A stretch of DNA of 64,000 bases from Candidatus Multivorans sp. (GTDB taxonomy: Bacteria > Acidobacteriota > Thermoanaerobaculia > Multivoradales > Multivoraceae), in assembly GCA_965247095.1 (NCBI GenBank), contig OZ251997.1, positions 4,000,001 to 4,064,000 on the forward strand. Direction: 5' to 3'. Numbering within the stretch: position 1 is the first letter of the stretch; each line of letters begins with the position of its first letter. The notes below the pieces were generated by a model that was not told the origin of the DNA, did no database searches, and was given only the letters and a program-made list of their open reading frames with translations. Below are positions 39,033 to 49,670 of this stretch, in pieces. Made by a program: the position numbers and the translations under genes.

Positions 39033-39779
39033 ATGAGCGAGGAGAATCAGGCTGTGGCGCCTGCGGGCGAGGGAGAGTCGTTCGGCTCCTGGCTTCGCAG
39101 CCAGCGTGAAGTTCGCCAGGTCGAGTTGCGGACGATCACTCAGTCGAGCAAGATCAACATCCGGTATCTGGAGGCGCTGGAGCAGGATCGGTTCGACCTG
39201 CTGCCTGCCAGCATCTTCGTCAAGGGCTTCCTCCGCGAGTACGCGCGGATCGTCGGCCTCGATCCCGACGAGGTGCTCAACTTCTACCTCGCCGCTTCGG
39301 CCCAGGAAGACCTTGAGGGCGGGATCGAGAACCTGGCGAAGGGGTCTCCAACGCGGTCGTTCGGACGGACCGTCGTGGTTGTGCTGGTCTTGGTGGCGAT
39401 CGCCTTGTTCCTCGTGTGGCGTTGCTACCCCGGTCTGGACCGCGAAGCAGCCGAGGACGTGGAGACGATGGCGCCGCCGGTTACCGAAGGGGCGCCTCCG
39501 CCACCACCGCCGGCGCCGCTGCCCGAGCAGGCCCTGCGGGTCACACTGGAGTTCCGGGCGACGAGCTGGGTTGACGTTTACAGCGACGGCGAGCGCACGG
39601 TCAGCGAGCTGCGGATTCAGGGCGAGTCCCTGACGGTTGCAGCGGACGAGGAGATCCGTCTCAAACTCCGGAACGCCGACGCAGCGACGATCGAAGTGAA
39701 CGGTGAGCCGTTCGAGCACGAAGCGGGCGACGACGAGGAGATCGTGATCGCGGCGCCGGAGACCGGCGACCCGGCTTGA
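39033..39779 (+). CDS. rodZ: RodZ-like protein (HTH_25, TM, DUF4115)
   Basis: FGSWLRSQRE, KINIRYLEALE, FVKGFLREYA, single TM, SWVDV. Confidence 0.85.
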   Translation: MSEENQAVAPAGEGESFGSWLRSQREVRQVELRTITQSSKINIRYLEALEQDRFDLLPASIFVKGFLREYARIVGLDPDEVLNFYLAASAQEDLEGGIENLAKGSPTRSFGRTVVVVLVLVAIALFLVWRCYPGLDREAAEDVETMAPPVTEGAPPPPPPAPLPEQALRVTLEFRATSWVDVYSDGERTVSELRIQGESLTVAADEEIRLKLRNADAATIEVNGEPFEHEAGDDEEIVIAAPETGDPA

Positions 39780-39833
39780 CGCGGCGTCGCTCTGAAAGCT
39801 GGACTTCCTGCCTGTGGGACCGTATCCTGCGGC

Positions 39834-39903
39834 GTGCCATCCGTGCGCCCGATGACGGACGCACGGACTGGTTCGCGAATGGCGCGGACCGCGCCATTCG
39901 GGT
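39834..39903 (-). repeat. 70-bp twin-hairpin element, copy 3 (inverted), in the tRNA-Pro leader
   Basis: Ungapped match to the reverse complement of 15127-15196 with a compensatory GG/CC to AA/TT change. Confidence 0.85.
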
Positions 39904-39913
39904 ACCGGTGCGG

Positions 39914-39990
39914 CGGGGCGTAGCTCAGCCTGGTAGAGCGCACGGTTCGGGACCGTGAGGCCGGAGGTTCGAATCCTCTCGCCCCGACCA
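39914..39990 (+). tRNA. tRNA-Pro(CGG)
   Basis: CGGGGCG acceptor stem, TAGCTCAGCCTGGTAGAGC D-arm, CACGG-TTCGGGA-CCGTG anticodon arm, GTTCGAATC, encoded CCA. Confidence 0.98.
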
Positions 39991-40053
39991 TTCCGCCGGT
40001 AACGGGTGCCTGCGCCGACAACGGGTGCCTGCTCGTCAAGTAGACTCCCGAAG

Positions 40054-41484
40054 ATGCACGGCTCGCTGAAGCTGTCACGCTTGGGAAGTCTCTTGCGGCT
40101 GGCGTTCGCCCTTGCGCTGGTCCTGGCGCCGCTGGTCCTGCTCGCCGACGAACCCCGATCGGAAGCGTCCCGGGCCGCGGAACCTGAGGACGGGGAAACG
40201 GGGTCGCCTGCGGACGGCGATCCTCCCGCCGAGGCCGACGACCCGGTTGGGGAGTCCGCGCCGGAAGTGATCGTGGCGACCGTGGACTCCGTGATCCAGG
40301 TCGTCGTCGCCGAGTTCATCGAAGAGGTGACCGCGGAGGCGGACCGGGTTGGGGCGGAGGCCCTGATCGTCGAGTTGTCCACGCCGGGCGGCGAGATGCA
40401 GGCGATGCGCAAGATCTTCACGGCCTTCCTGGAGGCCAGAACGCCGGTCGTCGTCTACGTGTCCCCGAGCGGCTCCCAGGCTGCGTCGGCCGGCTTCTTC
40501 ATCCTGCTGGGCGCCGACGTTGCCGCGATGACCCCTGGAACGAATACGGGCGCGGCTCACCCGGTTGCCGGCGGCGGCGAGGACATCCCGGGGGCGATGG
40601 GGGAGAAGGTGACTCAGGATGCGGCGGCGACCATCCGTTCGCTGGCGGCCCGTCGCGGCCGGGACGAGAAGCTGGCGGAGTCGGCGGTGCTCGAGAGCAA
40701 GTCGTTCACGGCGCAGGAGGCGCTCGACGGGGGTCTCGTCGATCTGGTCGCGCCCAGCCTGCAGTCGCTGCTCGTCGATCTCGACGGCCGCGTGGTCGAG
40801 AAGGGCGGGCGGGAGCTGACGCTGGCTACCCGCGAAGCGACGGTGCGCCGCGTGGAGATGTCGGCCTTCCAGCGTGTGCGGTCGGTCATCGCCCACCCCA
40901 ACATCGCGCTTCTGCTGATGTCGCTGGGGTCGATCGGCCTGATCTTCGAGATCACCCATCCTGGAGCGATCTTCCCGGGAGTCGTCGGCGCCGTCTGCCT
41001 GATTCTCGGCCTGTGGGCGATGTCCGTCCTGCCGGTCAACTACGCTGGTCTGGCCCTGTTTTTCGTGGCCGTCGTCCTCTGGGTGCTCGAGATCAAGATC
41101 CCCAGCTTCGGCATGCTGACGCTCGGCGGCGCGATCTGCTTCTGTCTCGGGGCGATGATGCTGTTCCGGGACGCCGACCCGGCGCTGCGGGCGAGCCTGA
41201 ACTTGATCATCGCGGTCGGCATCACGATCGGGCTGCTGGCCCTCGGTCTCGCCCGGCTTGCGCTCAAGGCGCAACGCAACCACGTGGCGACGGGAAGAGA
41301 GGGCCTGCTCGATGAGCTGGGTCTGGTGAGCGCCGGCATCGAGGTCGGCCTGCCCGGCAAGGTGCGGTTGCACGGCGAGATCTGGAACGCGGAATCCGAT
41401 GTCGCGGTCGAGGTCGGCGGTCGGGTCCGGGTCGTTCAAGTGGACGGCATGATTCTGCGCGTCGAACCGGTCGGCGACTCCTAA
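40054..41484 (+). CDS. nfeD: NfeD-family membrane-bound serine protease (ClpP class)
   Basis: [22 protein letters not shown] block, C-terminal OB fold (GEIWNA); start uncertain. Confidence 0.92.
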   Translation: MHGSLKLSRLGSLLRLAFALALVLAPLVLLADEPRSEASRAAEPEDGETGSPADGDPPAEADDPVGESAPEVIVATVDSVIQVVVAEFIEEVTAEADRVGAEALIVELSTPGGEMQAMRKIFTAFLEARTPVVVYVSPSGSQAASAGFFILLGADVAAMTPGTNTGAAHPVAGGGEDIPGAMGEKVTQDAAATIRSLAARRGRDEKLAESAVLESKSFTAQEALDGGLVDLVAPSLQSLLVDLDGRVVEKGGRELTLATREATVRRVEMSAFQRVRSVIAHPNIALLLMSLGSIGLIFEITHPGAIFPGVVGAVCLILGLWAMSVLPVNYAGLALFFVAVVLWVLEIKIPSFGMLTLGGAICFCLGAMMLFRDADPALRASLNLIIAVGITIGLLALGLARLALKAQRNHVATGREGLLDELGLVSAGIEVGLPGKVRLHGEIWNAESDVAVEVGGRVRVVQVDGMILRVEPVGDS

Positions 41485-41515
41485 GCACTTCGAAGAAGAA
41501 AGGACCCTGATCAAT

Positions 41516-42280
41516 ATGGCGAGCCTTCCCTTTATCGGCTTCCTGGTCGTTGCAGGCCTGTTCCTGCTCACCCGGTGGATCAACATCATGGCCGAGTACG
41601 AGCGCGCCGTCGTGTTTCGGCTGGGTCGCATCCTGAAGAAGCCGAAAGGTCCCGGTCTGGTCCTGGTGCTCTGGCCGATCGACCGCATGGTCAAGGTGTC
41701 GCTGCGCACGGTCGTGCTGGACGTTCCGCCACAGGACATCATCACCCGGGACAACGTCTCCGTGAAGGTGAACGCCGTCGTCTACTTCCGCGTACTGGAA
41801 CCGATCAAGGCGATCATCGAAGTGGAGAACTTCCTCTTTGCAACCAGCCAGTTGGCTCAGACGACGCTGCGGTCGATCCTCGGCCAGACCGAGCTCGACC
41901 AACTGCTGAGCGAGCGGGACTCACTCAACGACCGGCTCCAGACGGTGATCGATCAACAGACCGATCCCTGGGGCATCAAGGTCTCCATGGTGGAGGTCAA
42001 GCACGTCGACCTGCCTCAGGAGATGCAGCGCGCGATGGCCAAGCAGGCCGAGGCGGAACGGGAGAAGCGAGCCAAGGTGATTCACGCCAGCGGTGAGCTC
42101 CAGGCGTCGGAGTCCCTGGCCCTGGCGGCGAACGCGATCAGCGTCAACCCCGTCACCCTGCAACTGCGCTACCTGCAGACCCTGGCGGACATCGCCACCG
42201 AGCGGAACTCGACCATTATCTTCCCGCTGCCGCTTGACCTCTTCAAGGCGTTCTCGGCGTTCAAACTGCCCGAAGAGTGA
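41516..42280 (+). CDS. SPFH/stomatin-like (slipin) protein
   Basis: [39 protein letters not shown]. Confidence 0.95.
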   Translation: MASLPFIGFLVVAGLFLLTRWINIMAEYERAVVFRLGRILKKPKGPGLVLVLWPIDRMVKVSLRTVVLDVPPQDIITRDNVSVKVNAVVYFRVLEPIKAIIEVENFLFATSQLAQTTLRSILGQTELDQLLSERDSLNDRLQTVIDQQTDPWGIKVSMVEVKHVDLPQEMQRAMAKQAEAEREKRAKVIHASGELQASESLALAANAISVNPVTLQLRYLQTLADIATERNSTIIFPLPLDLFKAFSAFKLPEE

Positions 42281-42846
42281 ACCGCGACGCCTACGAGCCC
42301 TATGAGGTTGCTGTCAGCAACAGCCAGATTGCCGCCTTCGTAGCTCTTCTGGCGCTGGCCTTGGTTGGAGCGTTCGCCGCCGGCGTGTGGTGGGGGCGGT
42401 CGAACGATCTCGATCTTGCCGAAACCGAAGCGGCCGTCAGGCTGCCGGACTTGCCGTCTTCGGAGACGGTCGTGGGCATGGCTACTCCTGCCGCCGGTGA
42501 GGTGGAAAGCGAAGCGGCGCTGGCCGAAGCGGTGCGGTTCTTCGGCGCCGCCGAAGAGGGAACGCCGCCGGGCGAGAGCGTTCGCCCGGCCTCCGCCGCG
42601 GCAACGACCACGGCCGGCCTGGTCGTCCAGGTCTTCTCGAGTGCCGACGCCCGGCAGGCGGCCTCGGTGGAGCAGAAGCTGCGCGCGGACGGACACCGCG
42701 CCTTCCTGTCACCCCAGGCGCTCGACGGCCAAGTGATGCAGCGGGTGCGGGTAGGCCCGTTCGAGGACCAGGACTCCGCCTCGGCCGCCGCCGAGCTGCT
42801 CTCCAAACAGTACGGGCTCGAGACCTGGATCACGCCGAACAACTGA
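42277..42846 (+). CDS. SPOR-domain membrane protein
   Basis: N-terminal TM; VVQVFS, RVRVGPF. Confidence 0.82.
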   Translation: MNRDAYEPYEVAVSNSQIAAFVALLALALVGAFAAGVWWGRSNDLDLAETEAAVRLPDLPSSETVVGMATPAAGEVESEAALAEAVRFFGAAEEGTPPGESVRPASAAATTTAGLVVQVFSSADARQAASVEQKLRADGHRAFLSPQALDGQVMQRVRVGPFEDQDSASAAAELLSKQYGLETWITPNN

Positions 42847-44405
42847 CCGCCGGCCAGCGTACGCCGTCGGCACCGTCGGCGACATGGCGCCTTGTCTCGT
42901 CGATCTGGTTCCAGTTCGCTCTGGCCATTTGCGGCGGCGTTTGGTGGGCGTTCTGTTTCGACGAGCGCCCTGGGTTCCTGATTCCTCTGGCGGCTGCCGC
43001 GCCGCTGTGTCTGATTGCCGGGGCGCCGCTCGGGCCCTGGCGCAGGCTGTGGCTCGGGTGGCTTCACGGCACGGTGGCGTGGCTGATCGCGGTGCCGTGG
43101 CTGTCGACGATGCTGACGGTCTATGGAGGCTTGCCCAGCGTGGTGTCGGCCTGCCTCTTGGCCGTCGTTGCCCTCTACCTGGGCGTCTACCATGGCTTGT
43201 TCTGCTGGCTGGCCGGGGCGGCGCTGGCGCGTCGCGACGTTCTTTCCCTGGTTGCGGCGCCGGCGATCTGGGTCAGTCTGGAACTGGTGCGGGGCGCCGG
43301 CCCTTCGGGATTCCCGTGGAATCTGCTCGCGTACACGTGGGTCGATGTTCCGGGCGCGCTCGACGTGACCCGGTGGATCGGCAGCCTTGGCCTTTCAGGT
43401 GTCGTCGTGGTCTCCGGACTGGGGGTGTTGAGGCTTGCGGACCGCGGGACCCGCCGTCAGGCGATGATCGTTGTGACGGGGGTTGCAGTGCTCTTGACGG
43501 TCGCGCGCTGGACGAATCTCGACCGGACGGCCCCGGCCGGACCGGTGCTTGATGTTCGCGTGGTCCAGCCGAACATCGGCATGATGACGGACGATCAGCT
43601 TCTTGGCGGTCTGGACTATTCGTCGATTCACGCCAACTACCGTCGGCTCTTCGAACTGAGTCACGAGGCCTGCACGCCAGGTGCGCTCGTCGTGTGGCCC
43701 GAGAGTGCCGGCTGGCCGTACGAGCTGGAACGCGACGTGGTACTCGCCCGCGACGTCGAGTCGCTGGTCGGTCGCGGCTGCTCGCTGCTGTTCAACAGCG
43801 CTCGCCGCTTCAACTCCGGCGAGGAGGCGGGGGCGTTCAACTCGGCCTACCTGGTGACGCCCGGCGCCGCGCGGGCCGACCGCCAGACCTACGACAAGAT
43901 GCACCTGGTTCCGTTCGGCGAGTACGTCCCGTTCGCGCGCTACCTGCCCGGTGTGCGCCAGTTGGCGCGGAACACGGGGAGCTTTTCGACCGGGGACGAG
44001 GTGAGGCTGCTCGACATCGGAGGCGCCCGTCTGGGAATCTCGATCTGCTTCGAGATCGTCTTTCCGAGGCAGGTGGCAGCCCGTGTCCGGCGCGGGGCTT
44101 CCGTGCTCGTCACCATGGCGAACGATTCCTGGTACGGCCCGACCTGGGCGCCCCATCAGCATCTGCGAGCTGCCCGCTTCCGGGCCGCCGAGAACGGGCG
44201 GCCGGTGATCCGGGCCGCGATCACCGGCATCTCGGCGCTGATCGATCGCCGCGGCGGGATCCTGGCGACCGCCGACATCGATCAGACGGCCGTGCTGCGA
44301 GTGCCGGTTACGCCGCTCGACGGGATGACGCCGTTCTCCCGCGCGCCCCTGCTGGTGCCGCTGCTTTGCCTCGCACTGGTCGGCTTTGCCATACTGCGCC
44401 GATGA
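42843..44405 (+). CDS. lnt: Apolipoprotein N-acyltransferase (probable CTG start)
   Basis: GFPWN, VQPNI, WPES, KMHLVPFGEY, ICFE, NDSW; hydrophobic frame open upstream of GTG 43074. Confidence 0.9.
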   Translation: MTAGQRTPSAPSATWRLVSSIWFQFALAICGGVWWAFCFDERPGFLIPLAAAAPLCLIAGAPLGPWRRLWLGWLHGTVAWLIAVPWLSTMLTVYGGLPSVVSACLLAVVALYLGVYHGLFCWLAGAALARRDVLSLVAAPAIWVSLELVRGAGPSGFPWNLLAYTWVDVPGALDVTRWIGSLGLSGVVVVSGLGVLRLADRGTRRQAMIVVTGVAVLLTVARWTNLDRTAPAGPVLDVRVVQPNIGMMTDDQLLGGLDYSSIHANYRRLFELSHEACTPGALVVWPESAGWPYELERDVVLARDVESLVGRGCSLLFNSARRFNSGEEAGAFNSAYLVTPGAARADRQTYDKMHLVPFGEYVPFARYLPGVRQLARNTGSFSTGDEVRLLDIGGARLGISICFEIVFPRQVAARVRRGASVLVTMANDSWYGPTWAPHQHLRAARFRAAENGRPVIRAAITGISALIDRRGGILATADIDQTAVLRVPVTPLDGMTPFSRAPLLVPLLCLALVGFAILRR

Positions 44406-45512
44406 TCGCTTCCGACGCGAACCGCTCGCTGACCGAGCTCAGGTCCTGCCTGGACGGTCTGCGGAGGTATCTTTGACCCGGCCGAGGTCCGGGAACAGCT
44501 CGCCGCGCTCGATCATGAGATGGAGCAGCCGGGATTCTGGGACGATCCCAGGCGGAGCGCGCCCATGCTGCGGCGCCGGCGGACGCTGGAACGGCGACAG
44601 ACGACCGTCGACCGGCTGAACGCGGACAGCGACGAAATCGGGGCCTGGCTCGAACTGCTTGCCGAGAGTGCGGAGGCGGTCGAGGGCGAGAAGGACCTGG
44701 GCGAGTTCATCGACCGCGTGAGGCGCGAGACGGAGGCGCTCGACCTGGAGTTGAAACTCTCGGGCGAGGACGACGACCGTAGCGCCCTGCTCGCCATCCA
44801 CGCCGGTGAGGGCGGCACCGACTCCCAGGACTGGGCCGAGATCCTGCTGCGCATGTACCTCCGTTGGGCGGAGCGGAGCGGCTTCGACGTCACGCTGCTC
44901 GAACGGCTCGACGGCGACGAGGCGGGGCTCAAGAGCGCGACCGTCGCGGTACGCGGGGACTACGCCTTCGGTCGCCTTCGCGGCGAGAACGGCGTACACC
45001 GGCTGGTCCGGATCTCGCCCTTCGACGCGGCGAAGAGGCGGCACACCTCCTTCGCCTCGGTCTACGCCTACCCCGAGGTCGACGACAGCATCGACATCGA
45101 GATCGAGGACAAGGATATTCGCATCGACACCTTCCGATCGTCCGGCGCCGGCGGCCAGCACGTGAACGTGACCGACTCGGCGGTGCGCATCACTCACCAT
45201 CCGTCCGGGGTCGTGGTCAGTTGCCAGAACGAGCGCAGCCAGATCAAGAACCGGGCGATGGCGATGAAGGTCCTCAAGGCGCGGCTCTACGACCGGGAGG
45301 TGCAGAAGCGTCGCGAAGAACAGGCCGAGCGCGAGGGGCAGAAGATGGGGATCGGCTTCGGCTCCCAGATCCGGAGCTACGTGATGCACCCGTATCGCAT
45401 GGTCAAGGACCATCGCACGAAGCTCGAGGTCTCGGCCGTGGAGCGCGTCCTCGACGGCGAGATCGACCCGTTCATCGATGCCTGGCTCGGGCAACAGCTC
45501 GAGACGGGGTAA
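44402..45512 (+). CDS. prfB: Peptide chain release factor 2 with programmed +1 frameshift
   Basis: 24-codon first ORF ends GGAGG TAT CTT TGA C (44464-44477); SPF and GGQ motifs in the +1 frame. Confidence 0.97.
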
Positions 45513-45523
45513 GGGGAGATGAG

Positions 45524-47155
45524 GTGTCGGTGACCGGACCGGCAGTCGACTACGTTTCGCCGCTGCCTCCGGTGCGGTCGGGCATCGCCGACTACAGCGT
45601 CGACCTGCTGGAGGAGCTTGCTCCTCTGTGCGACCTGCGCCTGGTGCGCCTGCCCGGGCAGGAGGTGGCGTCCGAGGTCCGGCGTCGCTATGAAGTCGTC
45701 GAACCCGCGGCGCTCGACCCGGTGCGGCGCCTTCCGTTCTACCAACTGGGCAATAACGTGTACCACGAGGGCGTGCGGCGGTTCGCTCTCGAAGCGCCTG
45801 GGGTCGTGACCGTGCACGACCTGCGGCTCCATCACCTCGTGGTCGAGGCCACGCTCGCCAGCGGCGATTTGGACGCCTACGTGGCCGCGCTGGGCGGGGA
45901 GCACGGCTGGGAGGGCTCTGCCGTGGCGATACCGACCCGCTGGGGCGCCCATGGCCGGGCGCGGCTGTTCGAGATGCCGGCACACGGCTCGCTGCTGCTT
46001 CGCCAGCGCGGCCTCTTGGTTCACAGCGACTGGGGCCGCCGTTTCCTCGAGGAGGAGCTGGGTGAGCGGGCGCGCGGCCACTCCCTGCCAGAGGTTCGGC
46101 GGGTGCCGATGCCGATGCCGGCGCCCGATCCGCCGAGCCGGGAGGATGCCGCGGCATGGCGGCGCCGGTTGGGCGTCGCGCCGTCCGCCGTTCTGCTCGG
46201 CTCCTTCGGCTTTCAGACGCCGATCAAGCGGACGGATGTGCTGCTGCGGGCGCTGGCGGAACCCGGCATGGAGGAGGTGCATGCGGTCGTTGCCGGGGAA
46301 GTGGCGCCCCAGCTCGATCTGGCGACGCTGATGCGGGACCTGGGAGTCCAGGACCGGGTCACAGTGACCGGCTTCCTCGACGAGGCCTCCTTCCCGATCG
46401 CCATTGCCGGTTGCGACCTGTGCCTCAATCTGCGCTATCCGAGCGCGGGCGAGACCTCCGCTTCGCTGCTCCGCATCCTGGCCCTGGGACGGCCCGCGGT
46501 GGTCTCGGACTACGGCCAGTTCACCGAACTGCCGGACGACGTGGTGGTCAAGGCGCCGCTCGGGGACGATCCCGGGGAGGAGGCGGAGGCGCTCGCCGGT
46601 CTTCTGCGCCGGTGCCTGGCTGCACCCGACCGGCTGCGGGAGATGGGTGTTGCGGCGCGTTCCTTCATCGAGCGCGAGCACCGGCCGTCGTCGTCGGCCG
46701 GGGCGGTCGCCGAGGCCCTTGTGGAGTGGTCCGGCACACCTGCGCAGGCGTCCACCGTGCCTCCGCCGCCGCGTCCTTCGCCACCCACGTCGTTGACCTG
46801 GGGCTGGTTGCCGGGACGGATCGAAGTCGAAGGCTGTGAACGACCCTGGGCGGAGGGTGAGCGGCGCGCGGTGGAGATCGTGGTCACGAACACCGGCTTC
46901 GCCACCTGGCTCTCGGGCCGTCACGCCGACGGCGGCGTCGTTCTCGAACCCCAGCTCTGGTGCGGCGGCCGCGACCTGTTCAGGGGCAGGCCGTGGATTC
47001 CCCTACCGCACGATCTCGTGCCCGGTGACGCGTGCCGGATCGGTCTGAGGCTCCGCAAGCCGATTGGACCGGCGCGGTTTCGTCTCGAGCCCCACGTGTT
47101 TGGCGGCGGCTCAATGACCCAGTGCGGGGCCCAGGCCTTCGACCGCGACCTGTGA
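45524..47155 (+). CDS. GT4-family glycosyltransferase with C-terminal beta-rich domain
   Basis: SPLPPVRSGIADYS, YQLGNN, VHDLRLHH, LRYPSAGETS; GTG after GGGGAG. Confidence 0.85.
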   Translation: MSVTGPAVDYVSPLPPVRSGIADYSVDLLEELAPLCDLRLVRLPGQEVASEVRRRYEVVEPAALDPVRRLPFYQLGNNVYHEGVRRFALEAPGVVTVHDLRLHHLVVEATLASGDLDAYVAALGGEHGWEGSAVAIPTRWGAHGRARLFEMPAHGSLLLRQRGLLVHSDWGRRFLEEELGERARGHSLPEVRRVPMPMPAPDPPSREDAAAWRRRLGVAPSAVLLGSFGFQTPIKRTDVLLRALAEPGMEEVHAVVAGEVAPQLDLATLMRDLGVQDRVTVTGFLDEASFPIAIAGCDLCLNLRYPSAGETSASLLRILALGRPAVVSDYGQFTELPDDVVVKAPLGDDPGEEAEALAGLLRRCLAAPDRLREMGVAARSFIEREHRPSSSAGAVAEALVEWSGTPAQASTVPPPPRPSPPTSLTWGWLPGRIEVEGCERPWAEGERRAVEIVVTNTGFATWLSGRHADGGVVLEPQLWCGGRDLFRGRPWIPLPHDLVPGDACRIGLRLRKPIGPARFRLEPHVFGGGSMTQCGAQAFDRDL

Positions 47156-48984
47156 GCCGCCGGGCAACGGTGCGGCGGTGGTCCTGGCTGGTTCTGGCCG
47201 GGCTGCTGACGGCGCTTCTCTTCTTCGCCGCGCTGACGGATGCGGGCACGGCGGGGGAGCGCGAGGTCACCTACCTGATGGCCGCGGCCAGCCTCGCCTG
47301 GGACGGCGATCTGTCCTACGACCGCGATGACTACGACCGCTACGTGCGGACCTGGGAGCGGGAACCCGAGGCCGTTGCGCTTACGACCACCGCCGGCAGC
47401 TCGAAGATCGGTTTCGGCAGGCCGCCGGTCTATGCCGTGGTCGCTGCGCCCTTCGTCCGCATCTCGCCGCGGCGGGGACCCGCGGTGCTGAACTGGCTGT
47501 TGCTGGCGTTTGCCGCGGCCGCCTCCGCTCTGCTGCTGGAGCGATCGGTCGGCCCCTGGGCGCCCGCCTGGATCGCGCTGTGCGTCGCCGGTACGACGGC
47601 GTTCACTCTGCTGCCGCTGCCCTCTCCGGAGCTGTTTCGCCTCGCGGTGTCGGCCCTGGCCTGGGCGCTGGTGGTGCAGGTCATGCCCTCGCCACGACGG
47701 ACGGCCGGACGCGCGGCCGGCTCGCGGCGCCCTATCGAGACGACCGGTCGGACGGTGCTGCGCTGGTCGCTGGTCGGATGCCTGCTGGCGCTGGCGGTGA
47801 TGGCTTCGGTTGACGGGTTCAGCCTGCTGCCGGCTCTTGGGGCGGCGGCGTGGCTCTCGCTGCTGCAGCCGCGCCGGCGGCTCGCGGCGGTTGCCCTGTC
47901 GGCGGCTTCGGTACTGACCTTCGCGGTGCTCTTCGGCGCGGCGGCGCTGGCCCGCGGCGGGGCGGGCCCGGTCGAGCACGAAGTGTTCGATCGCGCAACG
48001 GGCTTTCCGGCGGTCGACTTCGAGGCGGAAGAGTGGAGCCGGACCGGCGGACTGCGCCGCGAGGGCCTCCGCGCCGGCGGCGCGGCGCCCGATCGTCCCC
48101 AGTTCGACATGCGGGCCGCCGAAGGCCTTCGTCTTCCAACCCTGCTGTATGCGCTCGTCGGCCGCACGGTCGGCTTCCTGCCCTACTGCGCTCCGCTGGT
48201 GTGGGCCGCGTTCTGGGGGCTCGCCGCCGGCGGCTGGCGGCGGGTGCTCCTGGTCGCTGCGGTCGGGTCGTTCGCCGCCCGCGCCCTGTTGTTCCCGTTC
48301 GACCTGGGCGACGAGTCCACGACCCTCGGACCGGGCGGTATCGGCGCCTTGGCGCCCATGTTCTGGTTCCTGGTGGCGCGGCTCAGCCTGATGCGGATTC
48401 TCATGGTCGCCGTGTCCGCGGCTCTCGTTCTCTACCCGCTCTGGCTTGAGCCCGACGCGGCGCTGCGACCGGCGCCGCCGCCGGCCGGTCTCCTGAAACC
48501 GTTTCTGCCCCAGGAGACGACCCAGCGACTGCAGCCGGCCGGGTCGCCGGACCTCTTCGTGGGTGGTTTGTGGTTGCGCCCCATCGCCGGCAGGATCGCC
48601 CCCTTCGGGGAGGAAAGCCTGGTGGTGGGAACCGCTGAGCGCGGGTCAGGAGACCCGCGTGAGGACGGTTGGGCCGAGTTCCTGGTCGCCTGGGAGGACG
48701 GCGGCGCCGGCGGCTCGGGAGCGGAAGTGCTTCCCCGGGCCGCGAGGCTCGAGGTGGTCCTCGATGGGAGCACCCGCCTCGAAGTCGTGGGCGCGGAGGT
48801 TGAGGAACGGGTGACCCTGCCGCCCGGACGGACCGCGGTCGGTCTGCGGTTGGCGGCGCCCGTGGCCCGCCATCGCCTGTGGTGGTCGAGCGAACCGGTT
48901 GGCCTGCACCGGCTGCGGTTGACCCTGGGCAATGCCGACGACAGCTCGAACTCGGTTCATCGCCTGGAGCTTCGCCCGCGGTAG
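47152..48984 (+). CDS. Polytopic membrane protein, possibly GT-C-type glycosyltransferase
   Basis: Many TM segments, early YLMAAASLAWDGDL loop; GTGA overlap with upstream gene. Confidence 0.6.
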   Translation: MSRRATVRRWSWLVLAGLLTALLFFAALTDAGTAGEREVTYLMAAASLAWDGDLSYDRDDYDRYVRTWEREPEAVALTTTAGSSKIGFGRPPVYAVVAAPFVRISPRRGPAVLNWLLLAFAAAASALLLERSVGPWAPAWIALCVAGTTAFTLLPLPSPELFRLAVSALAWALVVQVMPSPRRTAGRAAGSRRPIETTGRTVLRWSLVGCLLALAVMASVDGFSLLPALGAAAWLSLLQPRRRLAAVALSAASVLTFAVLFGAAALARGGAGPVEHEVFDRATGFPAVDFEAEEWSRTGGLRREGLRAGGAAPDRPQFDMRAAEGLRLPTLLYALVGRTVGFLPYCAPLVWAAFWGLAAGGWRRVLLVAAVGSFAARALLFPFDLGDESTTLGPGGIGALAPMFWFLVARLSLMRILMVAVSAALVLYPLWLEPDAALRPAPPPAGLLKPFLPQETTQRLQPAGSPDLFVGGLWLRPIAGRIAPFGEESLVVGTAERGSGDPREDGWAEFLVAWEDGGAGGSGAEVLPRAARLEVVLDGSTRLEVVGAEVEERVTLPPGRTAVGLRLAAPVARHRLWWSSEPVGLHRLRLTLGNADDSSNSVHRLELRPR

Positions 48985-49008
48985 CCCAGCCGAGGAATCC
49001 CGGGGATA

Positions 49009-49596
49009 GTGTCGGTTCCCGTGAGCTGGATTCTCGAGATGCGGCGCATGCTGGAGCAGTCGAAACCGCTGCCGGCAGCGGGAGGAAGCGGCACTCGGGT
49101 CGCCTTGGTGGTGCCGCTGTACGTCGAAGCGGCCGAACTGTGGATCCTGCTGCGGGAGGAGCCGAACGAGACGCCGCCGCTGAGCTTCGCCGCTACGCCC
49201 TTCGAGGGCGACGACCCCTGGCCGACGGTGGCGCGGCTGGTCAGCGTCGGTCTCGGTGTCGAGCCGTCGCGCGTTCTGCGCTTGGGCGAGCTGGACGAGA
49301 TGGGCTCTACAGGTGGTTTCCGGCTTCGTGCATGCGTCGTCGCCGTGCCGTCTCCCGAGGATGACGGCAGCAATGTCGAGGCGCCGCCCGTACGGTTACC
49401 GCTGTCGGCCCTGAGGCATCCCCGGCTGATCGAGGAGCGGACCTTCGAGATCGAGGGACAGCAGGTGCCGCTCACCGTGTACCACGTCGGGCGCCACCGA
49501 CTCTGGGGTCCTCCGCTCGACGTGCTGCTCAGGCTGCTCGAACGGCTGGACCAGCCCGAGTCCGGCGCCGAAATGCCTGTCGGCGGCCTGAACTGA
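49009..49596 (+). CDS. Degenerate Nudix (CoA pyrophosphatase-like) protein
   Basis: VALVVPL..ELWILL, LGELDE, STGGF, LWG; Nudix box eroded. Confidence 0.55.
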   Translation: MSVPVSWILEMRRMLEQSKPLPAAGGSGTRVALVVPLYVEAAELWILLREEPNETPPLSFAATPFEGDDPWPTVARLVSVGLGVEPSRVLRLGELDEMGSTGGFRLRACVVAVPSPEDDGSNVEAPPVRLPLSALRHPRLIEERTFEIEGQQVPLTVYHVGRHRLWGPPLDVLLRLLERLDQPESGAEMPVGGLN

Positions 49597-49670
49597 TCGG
49601 CCGCGCGGCGCTACAATCGCGCCGCACCTGATCCACCGACATCTTCTCTGAGGAGTACCTGAGACCAGCC

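Noticed and set aside
39914-39990. tRNA-Pro as an island integration site
   Set aside because: No duplicated tRNA 3' end or integrase seen; flanking genes are housekeeping.
44402-44520. prfB as a pseudogene or a novel recoding event
   Set aside because: It is the well-known autoregulatory CTT-TGA +1 frameshift with an internal SD.
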